Source: the human T2T-CHM13v2.0 reference genome, Homo sapiens
Direction: 5' to 3' (one strand)
DNA length: 64,000 nucleotides
Assembly: GCF_009914755.1 (NCBI RefSeq)
Contig: NC_060936.1
Every line of letters starts with the position of its first letter. Within the stretch, counting starts at the first letter, position 1. The notes under the pieces are model-generated. The model worked only from the letters and a program-made list of their open reading frames with translations. It had not been told where the DNA came from and searched no databases. Of this stretch, positions 28,430 to 44,055 are shown one piece after another. The translations under genes and the position numbers were made by a program.

Positions 28430-30014
28430 TGAGAGGTGACAGCATGTTGGTGGTCCTCACAGCCCTCGCTCCCTCTTGGCGCCTCCTCTGCCTGGGCTCC
28501 CAATTTGGTGGCACTTGAGGAGCCCTTCAACCCACCGCTGCACTGTGGGAGCCCCTTTCTGGGCCGGCCAAGGCCAGAGCCGGCTCCCTCAGCTTGCAGG
28601 GAGGTGTGGAGGGAGAGGCGCGAGCGGGAACCGGGGCTACGCGCGGCGCTTGTGGGCCAGCTGGAGTTCCGGGCGGGCGTGGGCTTGGCGGGCCCTGCAC
28701 TCGGAGCAGCCGGCCGGCCCTGCGGGCCCTGGGCAATGAGGGGCTTAGCACCTGGGCCAGCAGCTGCGGAGGGTGTACTAGGTCCCCCAGCAGTGCCAGC
28801 CCTCTGGCACTGTGCTCGATTTCTCGCTGGGCCTTAGCTGCCTTCCCGTGGGGCAGGGCTCCGGACCTGCAGCCCGCCACGCCTGAGCCTCCCACCCCCT
28901 CCATGGGCTCCTGTGCAGCCCGAGTCTCCTCGACGAGGGCCACCCCCTGCTCCACGGCACCCAGTCCCATCGACCACCCAAGGGCTGAGGAGTGCGGGCG
29001 CACGCAGGGGACTGGCAGGCAGCTCCACCTGCAGCCCCGGTGCGGGATTCACCGGGTGAAGCCAGCTGGGCTCCTGAATCTGGTGGGGCTTTGGAGAACC
29101 TTTACAATCCCTGAGCTAGACATAAATACACCAATCGGCACTCTGTATCTAGCTCAAGGTTTGTAAACACACCAGTCAGCACCCTGTGTCTAGCTCAGGG
29201 TTTGTGAGTGCACCAATTGACACTCTGTATCTAGCTGCTCTGGTGGGGCCGTGAAGAACCTTTATGTCTAGCTCAGGGATTGTAAATACACCAATCGGCA
29301 CTCTGTATCTAGCTCAAGGTTTGTAAACACACCAATCAGCACCCTGTGTCTAGCTCAGGGTTTGTGAGTGCACCAATGGACACTCTGTATCTATCTGCTC
29401 TGGTGGGGCCTTGGAGAACCTTTGTGTGGATACTCTGTATCTAATCTGATGGGGACGTGGAGAACCTTTGTATCCAGCTCAGGGATTGTAAACGCACCAA
29501 TCAGCGCCCTGTCAAAACAGACCACTGGGCTCTACCAATCAGCAGGACGTGGGTGGGGCCAGATAAGAGAATGAAACCAGGCTGCCCCAGCCAGCAGTGG
29601 CAACCCGCTTGGGTCCCCTTCCACACTGTGGAAGCTTTGTTCTTTTGCTCTTTGCAATAAATCTTGCTACTGCTCACTCTTTGGGTCCATGCTGCTTTTA
29701 TGAGCTGTAACACTCACCACGAAGGCCTGCAGCTTCACTCCTGAAGCCAGCGAGACCATGAGCCCGCCGGGAGGAACGAACAACTCCAGATGTGCCGCCT
29801 TAAGAGCTGTAACACTCACCGCAAAGGTCTGCAGCTTCACTCCTGAGCCAGCGAGACCACGAACCCACCAGAAGGAAGAAACTCCGAACACATCCAAACA
29901 TCAGAAGGAACAAACTCCAGACGCACCACCTTAAGAGCTGTAACACTCACCGCAAGGGTCCGCAGTTTCATTCTTGAAGTCAGTGAGACCAAGAACCCAC
30001 CAATTCCGGACACA
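28430..30014 (+). mobile_element. LTR12 5' LTR (1585 bp): GC-rich U3, CCAAT tandem repeats, AATAAA 29656-29661, U5 repeats
   Basis: Aligns along its length to 35863-37447. Confidence 0.95.
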
Positions 30015-30017
30015 TTT

Positions 30018-30035
30018 TGGCGACCCAGATGGGAC
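30018..30035 (+). other. HERV9 primer binding site, tRNA-Arg(CCG)
   Basis: TGGCGACCCAGATGGGAC 3 nt after the LTR end. Confidence 0.85.
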
Positions 30036-31319
30036 TTTCGCCTATCACCAAGCGGTGAGACCATCACCTATAGCTGAGCGGCGAGACCATCACCTATCAC
30101 CAAGCAGTGAGTACCACGGACCCCTTTCACTTGCTATTCTGTCCTATCTTTCCTTAGAATTCGGGGGCTAAATACCGGGCACCTGTCGGCCAGTTAAAAG
30201 TGACTAGCACGGCTGCCGGACTAAAGACATGGGTGTCAGGCTTTCTGGGAAAGGGCTAACAACCCCAACTCTTCAGAGTTGGGACCATTGGTTTGCCTAG
30301 CACCAGCTTCCACTTTTCCTGTACTTCTGGGCTGAGCCAAGGGTCGACAGAGAGGAAAGCCATGCAGCTCCAGGGTCCCGACAACAAGTTGGTTGACCCT
30401 GCGGCCATGAGTGGAACTCTCAAAGGCCTGTCGCCCAAGTGAGACTCGCCCATCTATCCTATCTATCCTGACCCTTGCCCCCTGGGTCCTAATGCCTGCC
30501 AGACAAACTTCCTCTCGCCTCTCTTCTCTGAGGTTAGTCCTGCTTCTAAAAATTGCTACCTGTCTCTGGTGCTTTTCTAGTTTCTCCTATAAGAATGATT
30601 TCTAGTATAAACTCCAGGTCTCTGCTACTTTCTGTAGGCACCCGGGCTCACCAATCAGAAAGACACAATTTTTGCCCAAAGCCCCATTGTAGTGGGGACT
30701 ACCTGGAATTTTAGGATCCCTCCTCAGACTAACAGGCCTAACAAAAGCTATTCCTGAAGCTAGGATATGGGGAGCCTCAGAAATTGTATCCTTCCTATTC
30801 ATGTAAGCGAGGACAAAAGGTGTCACTCTTCCAATCCTGAAGATCCCTTCCCTCCCTCAGGGCATGGCCCTCCACTTCATTTTTGGGGCATAACATCTTT
30901 ATAGGAAAGGGGTAAAGTACCAATACTGACAGGAGAATGCTTAGGACTCTGACAGGTTTTTGAGAATGTGTCGGTAAGGGCCACCAAATCCTATTTTTCT
31001 CGGTCAGTCCTCCTTGTGGTCTAGGAGGACAGGCAAGGGTGCAGGTTTTCAAGACTGCATCAGTAAGGACCACTAAATCCAACGTTCCTTGGTCCTCCAT
31101 GTGGTCTGGGAGGAAAACTAGTGTTTCTGTTGCTGCATCGGTGAGCGCAACTATTCCGATCAGCAGGGTCCTGGGACTGTTGCTGGTTCTTGGGCAGGGG
31201 TTGTTTCTGCTGCTGCGTCGGTGAGCGCAACTATTCCGATCAGCAGGGTCCAGGGACCTTTGTGGGTTCTTGGGCAGGGGGAGAAACAAACCAAAACTGT
31301 GGGCGGTTTTGTCTTTCAG

Positions 31320-32778
31320 ATGGGAAACACTCAGGCATCAACAGGCTCACCCTTGAAATGCATCCTAAGCCATTGGGACCAATTTGATCCACAAACCTTG
31401 AAAAAGAGGCGGCTCATTTTTTTCTGCACTATGGCTTGGGCCCAATATTCTCTCTCTGATGAGGAAAAATGGCCACCTGAGGGAAGTACAAATTACAATA
31501 CTATCCTGCAGCTTGACCTTTTCTGTAAGAGGGAAGGCAAATGGAGTGAAATACCTTATGTCCAAGCTTTCTTTTCATTGAAGGTGAATACACAACTATG
31601 CAAAGCTTGCAATTTACATCCCACAGGAGGACCTTTCAGCTTACCCCCATATCCTAGCCTCCCTATAGCTCCCCTTCCTATGAATGATAATCCTCCTCTA
31701 ATCTCCCCTGCCCAGAAGGAAATAAGCAAAGAAATCTCCAAAGGTCCACAAAAACCCCCAGGCTATCGGTTATGTCCCCTTAAGCTGTAGGGGGAGGGGA
31801 ATTTGGCCCAACCCAGCTACATGTCCCCTTCTCCCTCTCTGATTTAAAGCAGATCAAGGCAGACCTGGGGAAGTTTTCAGATGATCCTGATAGGTACATA
31901 GATTTCCTACAGGGTCTAGGGCAAACCTTTTACCTCATTTGGAGAGATGTCATGCTACTGTTAGATAAAACCCTGGCCTTTAAGGAAAAGAATGTGGCTT
32001 TAGCTGCAGCCCGAGAGTTTGGAGATACCTGGTATCTTAGTCAAGTAAATGATAGAATGACAGCCGAAGAAAGGGACAAATTCCCTACCGGTCAGCAAGC
32101 CATCCCCAGTATGGATCCCCACTGGGACCTTGACTCAGATCATGGGGACTGGAGTTGTAAACATCTGTTGACCTGTGTTCTAGAAGGACTAAGGAGAATT
32201 AGAAAAAGCCCATGAATTATTCCATGATATCCACCATAACTCAGGGAAAAGAAGAAAATCCTCCTGCCTTCCTTGAGTGGCTACGAGAGGCCTTAAGAAA
32301 ATATACTCCCCTGTCACCCGAATCACTCGAGGGTCAATTGATTCTGAAAGATAAGTTTATTACCCAATCAGCCTCAGATATCAGGAGAAAGCTCCAAAAG
32401 CAAGCCCTGGGCCCTGAACAAAACCTAGAGTCATTATTAAACCTGGCAACCTCAGTGTTCTATAATAGGGACCAAGAGGAACAGGCCCAAAAGGAAAAGC
32501 GAGATCAGAGAAAGGCTGCAGCCTTAGTCATGGCCCTCAGACAAGCAAACCTTGGTGGTTCAGAGAGGACAGAAAATGGAGCAGGCCAATCACCTGGTAG
32601 GGCTTGTTATCAGTGTGGTTTACTAGGACACTTTAAAAAAGATTGTCCAATGAGAAACAAGCTGCCCCCTTGTCCATGTCCACTATGCTGAGGCAATCAC
32701 TGGAAGGTGCACTGCCCCAGAGGACGAAGGTTCCCTGGGTCAGAAGCCCCCAACCAGATGATCCAACAACAGGACTGA
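31320..32778 (+). pseudogene. HERV9 gag (frameshifted)
   Basis: MGNTQAS start, capsid pieces, CYQCGLLGHFKKDC knuckle, QQQD-TGA 32776-32778. Confidence 0.92.
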
Positions 32779-34990
32779 GGGGGCCCAGGGCAAGTGCCAG
32801 CTCATGTCATCACCCTCACTGATCCCCAGGTATGTTCAACTATTGAGGGCCAGGAAATTGACTTCCTCCTGGACACTGGCGCCGCCTTCTCAGTGTTAAT
32901 CTCCTGTCCTGGACGACTGTCCTCAAGGTCCGTTACCATCCGAGGAATCCTGGGACAGCCTGTAACCAGGTATTTCTCCCACCTCCTCAGTTGTAATTGG
33001 GAGACTTGGCTCTTTTCACATGCCTTTCTTGTTATGCCTGAAAGTCCCACACCCTTATTAGGGAGGGATATATTAGCCAAGGCTGGAGCTATTATCTACA
33101 TGAATATGGGGAACAAGTTACCCATTTGTTGTCCCCTACATGAGGAGGGAATCAACCCTGAAGTCTGGGAATTAGAAGGACAGTTTGGAAGGGCAAAAAA
33201 ATGCCTGCCCAGTCCAAATCAAGTTAAAAGATCCCACCACTTTTCCTTATCAAAGGCAATATCCCTTAAGGCCTGAAGTTCATAAAGGATTACAGAATAT
33301 TGTTAAACATTTGAAAGCTCCAGGCTTAGTAAGGAAATGCAGCAGTCACTGCAACACCCCAATTCTAGGAGTACAAAAACCGAACGGTCAGTGGAGACTA
33401 GTGCAAGATCTTAGACTCATTAATGAGGCAGTAGTTCCACTATATCCAGTTGTACCCAACCCCTATACCCTGCTCTCTCAAACACCAGAGGAAGCAGAAT
33501 GGTTCATGGTTCTGGACCTCAAGGATGCCTTCTTCTGTATTCCCCTGCACTCTGACTCCCAGTTCCTCTTTGCTTTTGAGGATCCCACAGACCACACGTC
33601 CCAAATTACGTGGATGGTCTTGCCCCAAGGGTTTAGGGATAGCCCTTATCTGTTTGGTCAGGCACTGGCCCAAGATCTAGGCCACTTCTCAAGTCGAGGC
33701 ACTCTGGTCCTTCAATATGCAGATGATTTACTTTTCGCTACCAGTTCAGAAGCCTCATGCCAGCAGGCTACTCTAGACCTCTTGAACTTTCTAGCTAATC
33801 AAAGGTACAAGGTGTCTAGGTCGAAGGCCCAGCTTTCCCTACAGCAGGTCAAATATCTAGGCCTAATCTTAGCCAGAGGGACCAGGGCCCTCAGCAAGGA
33901 ACAAATACAGCCTATACTGGCTTATTCTCACCCTAAGACTTTAAAACAGTTGAGGGGGTTCCTTGGAATTACCGGCTTTGCCAACTATGGATCCCCGGAT
34001 ACAGTGAGATAGCCAGGCCCCTCTATACTCCAATCAAGGAAACCCAGAGAGCAAATACTCATCTAGTAGAATGGGAACCAGAGGCAGAAACAGCCTTCAA
34101 AACCTTAAAGCCGGCCCTAGTACAAGCTCCAGCTTTAAGCCTTCCCACAGGACAGAACTTCTCTTTATACGTCACAGAGAGAGCCAGGATAGCTCTTGGA
34201 GTCCTTACTCAGACTCGTGGGACAACCCCACAACCAGTGGCATACCTAAGTAAGGAAATTGATGTAGTAGCAAAAGGCTGGCCTCACTGTTTAAGGGTAG
34301 TTGCAGCAGTGGCCGTCTTAGCGTCAGAGGCTATCAAAATAATACAAGGAAAGCATCTCACTGTCTGGACTACTCATGATGTAAATGGCATACTAGGTGC
34401 CAAAGGAAGTTTATGGCTATCAGACAACCACCTACTTAGATACCAGGTACTACTCCTTGAGGGACCGGTGCTTCAAATACACATGTGTGTGGCCCTCAAC
34501 CCTGCCACTTTTCTCCCAGAGGATGGGGAACCAATTGAGCATGACTGCCAACAAATTATAGTCCAGACTTATGCCGCCCGAGATGATCTCTTAGAAGTCC
34601 CCTTAACTAATCCTGACCTTAACCTATATACCAATGGAAGTTCAGTTGTGGAGAATGGGACACGAAGGGCAGGTTACGCCATAGTTAGTGATGTAACCAT
34701 ACTTGAAAGTAAGCCTCTTGCCCCAGGGATCAGTACCCAGTTAGCAGAACTAGTGGCACTTACCCAAGCCTTAAAACTGGGAAAGGGAAAAAGAATAAAT
34801 GTGTATACAGATAGCAAGTATGCTTATCTAATCCTACATGCCTATGCTGCAATATGGAAATAGGGAGTTCCTAACCTCTGGGGAAACCCCCATTAAATAC
34901 CACAAGGAAATTATAGAGTTATTGCACACAATGCAAAAACACAAAGAGGTGGGAATCTTACACTGACAAAGCCATCAAAATGGGAAGGAG
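32779..34990 (+). pseudogene. HERV9 pro-pol (protease, 275-codon RT frame, RNase H; integrase deleted)
   Basis: LLDTGA; LDLKDAFF, LPQGF, YADD; YTNGS and YTDSKY; frameshifts near 33195 and 33980, stop at 34861. Confidence 0.92.
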
Positions 34991-35149
34991 AGGGGAGAAC
35001 AGCAACATAAGCAGCTGGCAGAGGCAGCAGAAAGGAAGGAAGAGACAGGAAGTCAAAGAAAGAGACAGAGAGTAAGAAACAAAGAGAAGCAGTCAGAGTG
35101 AAAGAGAGACAGAAAGACAAAGTCAAGGAGAGAAAAAGAGATGGAAGTA

Positions 35150-35805
35150 GTAAAGAAAAAACAGTGTACCCTATTCCTTTAAAAGCCGGGGTAAACGTCT
35201 ATCTACCCAGCCAAGGCATATTCTACTTATGTGGATCTTCAACCCATATCTGCCTCTCAGACAGTTTGCAAGAAATAACGAAATCTATCCTTACTTTACA
35301 ATCCCAAATAGACTCTTTGGCAGCAGTGACTCTCCAAAACTACCGAGGCCTAGACCTCCTCACTGCTGAGAAAGGAGGACTCTGCACCTTCTTAGGGGAA
35401 GAGTGTTGTTTTTACACTAACCAGTCAGGGATAGTACAAGATGCTGCCCAGCGTTTACAGGAAAAGGCTTCTGAAATCAGACAACGCCTTTCAAATTCTT
35501 ATACCAACCTCTGGAGTTGGGCAACATGGCTTCTCCCCTTTCTAGGTCCCGTGGTAGCCATCTTGCTGTTACTCGCCTTTAGGCCCTGTATTTTTAACCT
35601 TCTTGTCAAATTTGTTTCCTCTAGAATCAAGGCCATCAAGCTACAGATGGGCTTACAAATGGAACCCAAAATGAGTTCAACTAACAACTTCTACCAAGGG
35701 CCCCTGGACCGACCCACTGGCACTTCCCCTGGCCTAGAGTTCCCCTCTGAAGGACACTACAACTGCAAGGCCCCTTCTTCACCCCATCCAGCAGGAAGTA
35801 GCTAG
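35150..35805 (+). pseudogene. HERV9 env remnant: open TM-subunit frame without SU, signal peptide or ATG
   Basis: LQNYRGLDLLTAEKGGL immunosuppressive domain, CX6CC, membrane anchor WLLPFLGPVVAILLLLAF. Confidence 0.9.
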
Positions 35806-35862
35806 AGCGGTCATCGGCCAAATTCCCAACAGCAGTTGGGGTGTCCTGTTTAGAGGGGGGAT

Positions 35863-37751
<1,889 letters not shown>

Positions 37752-38780
37752 TCACTCCTTTTTAATTACGCAAATATCTCTAGCAAGTGGTTGCTCCACA
37801 GCCTGCTTGTATCCCTCTTTTGAGAAAGCTTTTTCTTTCTTTGCCACATGGGCAGACTACAAAATTTCCAAACTTTTATATTCTGCTTCCCTTTTAAATG
37901 TAAGCTCCAACTTTCTTCATCATTTCCATCTGAGACTCAGCAGCTTGGATCTCGCTGTCCATATCACTATCAGCATTTTGGTCACAACAATTTAACCAGT
38001 CTCTAAGAAGTTTTAAACCTTCCCTCATCTTCCTGTCTTTTTCTGAGCCTTCCAAACTCTTTCAGCCTCTGCCTGTTACATAGTTCCAAAATGACTTCCA
38101 CATTTTCAGGTATCTTTATAGTAATTCCCCACCCCGGTGCCAATTTTCTCTTAGATTGCTATACAGAAATAGCTGAGACTGGGTAATTTATAAGAAAAGA
38201 GGTTTAATTGGCTCATGGTTCTACAGGCTGTACAGGAAGCATAGCAGCATCTGCTTCTGGGGAGGCCTCAGGAAACTTCCAATCGTGGCAGAAGGCAAAG
38301 GGGAAGCAGGCACATCACATGGTGAAAGCAGGAACAAGGTCAGGGGGCAGATGCTACACACTTTTAAATGACTAGATCTCGAGAGAACTGAAAAGACAGT
38401 ACCAAGCTATGAGGGATCCACCCCCATGATCCAAACACCTCTGGGCAGGCCCCACATTCAGCACTGGGGATTACAATTCAACATGAGATGTGGGTGGGGA
38501 CAAATATCCAAACTATAACAGCCTATAATTCACATTTTATCATCAAAGGAGCAAATATTATTCTTGGGGCAAAACTGAGTAAATATTGTCGTCCCACATG
38601 GATGTGAACTATTTCTAGTCTCTTTCCTGATAGAAGTAGGGGAAAAAATGCATTTACTAAATCAGTGGCTGTGTATTATGTACCTCACACTTAGTACCCC
38701 TACTGTGTGCAGTCATTGAGTGGAAGTAAACCAGAAAGTGGCCTCAGTGTGAGAACTGAGGTGGATCCAAAAATGGCAGC

Positions 38781-39445
<665 letters not shown>

Positions 39446-39539
39446 CTATGTTTCTCATAGAGGCCTGCCTGCCTGCCTGCCTTCCTTCCTTCCTTCTTTC
39501 CTTCCTTCTCTGTTTTTCTTTGACATGAATTAAAAAATA

Positions 39540-40170
39540 ATTTTCATTATGTATGCATTAACATTGTTTTACTGTGGCAAGAACACCTAACATGAGTTCT
39601 ACTCAATGGCATTTTAAGCGCACAATGCAGTATTGTCATCTACAGGCACAATATTGTATAGCAGAGCTCTAGAATTCACCTTGCATAATTGAAATGTTAT
39701 ATCCATTGATTAGCAACTTCCCATTTCCTGCAACCACCATTCTACTCTCTGTTTCTATAAGTTTGAGTATTTTAGAGACCTCATATAAGTGGAGTCATGG
39801 AGTATTTATCCTTCTGGGACTGGCTTATTCTCTTAGCATAATGTCCTCAAGTTCATTATGTTGTTGCATATTGCAGGATTTCCTTTTTTAAAGCTGAATA
39901 ATATTCCATGTGTGTATATACTACATTTTTTAAATCCATTCATTGGTCAATAGACTTTAGGTTGTTTCCAGTCCTTGGCTAAGAATAGTGCTGCAAATGA
40001 ACACGGAAGGGCAGACATCCAAGATCTCGATTTCAAGTTTTGTGTGTGTATTTGTTTGTTTGTTTGTTTGTTTTTTGATAAATACCCAGAAGTAGTATTG
40101 CTGAATCATATCGTAGTTGTATTTTTGGAGAAACTTCCATGCTGTTTTCCATAGCAGCTGCACCATTTTA
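39540..40170 (-). mobile_element. Old L1M 3' fragment
   Basis: Diverged reverse L1 3'-end sequence (ttccatgctgttttccatagcagctgcacc). Confidence 0.7.
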
Positions 40171-40596
40171 CAGCAGGTTTTCTTAAGGGAGGTCTGGGTG
40201 GCATACCTCTATGGCTGTCAAAGCTCACAATGTACAAATAGTTCTCAAGAAGAGAATAAATGAAGGTAAAATCCACTGACACCCCTCCCGTTCTGGTGAC
40301 CTTACTCCCTACAGAAATCATTGTTAATATTTACTTGCATATACTTCCAAAATTTGTATATCCATTTATAAACATTTCTTAACCCAGTGGGATCATGATA
40401 TAAGCAGTATTCCCTAACTTAACATTACATCTTGACTGTCTTGCCATACAAGCAGGTATACTGCTGTCTCAATTTTTTAAACAGCAACATAAAATTTTAT
40501 TATTTGTTTCTACGATAATTTATTTCCTTGGCTTAGTTAAATGAAATAACTCAGTATTCTTCCAATAAATTCTCACTCCCCCCTCCCCCGCCACCA

Positions 40597-40885
40597 TTTT
40601 TTGAGACAGGGTCTCACTCTGTCACCCAGGCTAGAGTGCAATGATGTGATCAAAGCTCACTGCAGCCTCAACCTCCTGGGCTCAAGAGATTCTCCTGCTT
40701 CACCTTCCTGAGTAGCTGGGACTATAGGCATGCACCACCACACGTGGCTAATTTTGAAAATTTTATTTTTATAGAGGTAGGGTCTTGCTATGTTGCCCAG
40801 ACTGATCTCAAACTCCTGGCCTCAAGCAATCCTCCCACCTCAGTCTCCCAAAGTACTGGGATTACAGATGTGAGCCACTATGCCT
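40597..40885 (-). mobile_element. AluJ-like SINE
   Basis: ctgcagcctcaacctcctgggctcaag diagnostic. Confidence 0.85.
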
Positions 40886-41060
40886 GATGGATTTTTCTCC
40901 TTTGCTTACATTTGTAACATGCAGCCACAAAATTCTAATACAAGAAAAGAGAATAGGAGACAGGCACAGTGGCATATTTCTATAGTCCCAGCTATTTGCG
41001 AGGCTGAGACAGGAGGGTCACTTGAGTTCAGGAGTTTGAGGCTAGCCTGTGCAACACAGC

Positions 41061-43039
41061 CATACTGCCCATGGTAATTTATAGATTCAATGTCATCCCC
41101 ATCAAGCTACCAGTGACTTTCTTCACAGAATTGGAAAAAACTACTTTAAAGTTCATATGGAACCAAAAAAAGAGCCCACATCGCCAAGTCAATCCTAAGC
41201 TGAAAGAACAAAGCTGGAGGCATCACACTACGTGATTTAAAACTATACTACAAGGATACAGTAACCAAAACAGCATGGTACTGGCACCAAAACAGAGATA
41301 TAGACCAATGGAACAGAATAGAGTCCTCAGAAATAATACCACACATCTACGACTGTCTGATCTTTGACAAACCTGACAAAAACAAGAAATGGGGAAAGGA
41401 TTCCCTATTTAATAAATGGTGCTGGGAAAACTGGCTAGCCATACGTAGAAAGCTGAAACTGGACCCTTTCCTTACACCTTGTACAAAAATTAATTCAAGA
41501 TGGATTAAAGACTTAAATATTAGACCTAAAACCATAAAAACCCTCGAAGAAAACCTAGGCAATACATGCAGGCCATAGGCATGGGCAAGGACTTCATGAC
41601 TAAAACACCAAAAACAATGGCAACAAAAGCCAAAATTAACCAATGGGATCTAATTAAACTAAAGAGCTTCTGCACAGCAAAAGAAACTACCATCAGAGTG
41701 AACAGGCATCCTACAGAATGAGAGAAAATGTTTACAATAATAATGTCAGATATTAGCCCATCTGACAAAGGGCTAATATCCAGAATCTACAAAGAACTTA
41801 AACAAATTTACAAGAAAAAATCAAACAACCCCATCAAAAAGTGGGCAAAGGATATCAACAGACAGTTCTCAAAGGAAGACATTTATGCAGCCAACAGACA
41901 CATGAAAAAATGCTCATCATCACTGGTCATCAGAGAAATACAAATCAAAACCACAATGAGATACCATCTCACACCAGTTAGAATGGCGATCATTAAAAAG
42001 TCAGGAAACAACAGGTGCTGGAGAGGATGTGGAGAAATAGGAACACTTTTACACTGTTGGTGGGACTGTAAACTAATTCAACAATTGTGGAAGACAGTGT
42101 GACAATTCCTCAAGGATCTAGAACTAGAAATACCATTTGACCCAGCCATCCCATTACTGGGCATGTACCCAAAGGACTATAAATCATGTGGCTATAAAGA
42201 CACATGCACGCATATGTTTATTGCAGCACTATTCACAATAGCAAAGACTTGGAACCAATCCAAATGTCCATCAATGATAGAATGGATTAAGAAAATGTGG
42301 CACATATACACCATGGAATACTATGCAGCCATAAAAAGATGAGTTCATGTCCTTTGTAGGGACATGGATGAAGCTGGAAACCATCATTCTCAGCAAACTA
42401 TTGCAAGGACAGAAAACCAAACACTGCATGTTCTCACTCATAGGTGGGAATTGAACAATGAGAACACTTGGGCACAGGGTGGGGAACATCACACACCGGG
42501 GCCTGTCGTGGGGTGGGGAAGGGGGGAGGGATAGCATTAGGAGATATACCTAATGTAAATGACGAGTTAATGGGTGCAGCACACCAACATGGCACATGTG
42601 TACACATGTAACAAACCTGCACGTTGTGCACATGTGCCCTAGAACTGAAAGTATAATAATAAAAAAAGAAAATTTGGCACATATATACCATGGACTACTA
42701 TGCAGCCATGAAAAAGGATGAGTTCATGTCCCTTGCAGGGACATGGATGAAGCTGGAAACCATCATTCTAACCAAACTATCACAAGGACAGAAAACCAAA
42801 CACCATGTGTTCTCACTCATAGGTGGGAATTGAACAATGAGAACACATGGATACAGGGCGGGGAACATCACACACTGGGGCCTGTTGTGGGGTGGTTGGC
42901 TGGGGGAGGGATAGCATTAGGAGAAATACCTAATGTAAATGACGAGTTGATGGGTGCAGCAAACCAACATGGCACATGTATACCTATGTAACAAATCCGC
43001 ACATTGTGTACATGTACCCTAGAACTTAAAGTATAATAA

Positions 43040-43075
<36 letters not shown>
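41061..43075 (+). mobile_element. L1PA ORF2 3' part with two tandem 3'UTRs; (TAA)n tail
   Basis: ORF2 peptide [28 protein letters not shown]; first 3'UTR ends ~42670, second 42671-43075. Confidence 0.92.
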
Positions 43076-43076
<1 letters not shown>

Positions 43077-43474
43077 CCTTGCTTTCACAAACCAGTAGAA
43101 GTTATGGATTGACCTGAGTGACACTAGATCTAGTGAAGGATAGTTGCACCATCGTAGGGATGTAGTAGGATTAAAGAATTGCCAAATCTAATTAACGTCT
43201 AGGGAGTATAACGTATCAAAAAGAAAAGTCATTTGTACCAGTTCAATAAAAATCAATTGAATATTTGAACACACACTTGGGGACTGTAATCAAAATCCAT
43301 TTTTGGTATAATTAGAATATGAGATCATAACGGAAGCATAAAGTCTGCCAATTCAATATTTCCAAAGCAATTTTTATTTCATTATATTCCCCACTTTATA
43401 CCTAATTCTACAGGAAAACCCATTCAAGTGAAAATACACACCAAGATCAGCCAGTCAAAAACAATATGTATTTA

Positions 43475-43854
<380 letters not shown>

Positions 43855-44055
43855 TCACTTCATGTAAAGCATCTCTGCCAGAAAGCATGAAATATAATGC
43901 TCCTAGTCTGGGTTGAACAGAACTAACTCTTGATAACATAAACATATTATGTTATCCCCAGAGCAGATTTCCCAGTTAAGGGCATTTGCCATGAAGTCAA
44001 GCAATAAGTAAGACCCACCAAGTCTATTATTTGCACAATAGTCTTTAATAACCCT

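Noticed and set aside
28436-29166. Many overlapping 87-190 aa ORFs (repeated at 35841-36599)
   Set aside because: Stop-poor GC-rich U3 of LTR12; not genes.
29120-29510. Regularly spaced ~40-bp repeats resembling a CRISPR array
   Set aside because: Known LTR12 enhancer tandem repeats with no unique spacers and no cas genes, in eukaryotic DNA.
33185-34012. 275-aa RT ORF with YADD as part of a novel RT system (retron/DGR-like)
   Set aside because: Ordinary HERV9 pol fragment bounded by frameshifts inside a provirus; TTG start, integrase deleted.
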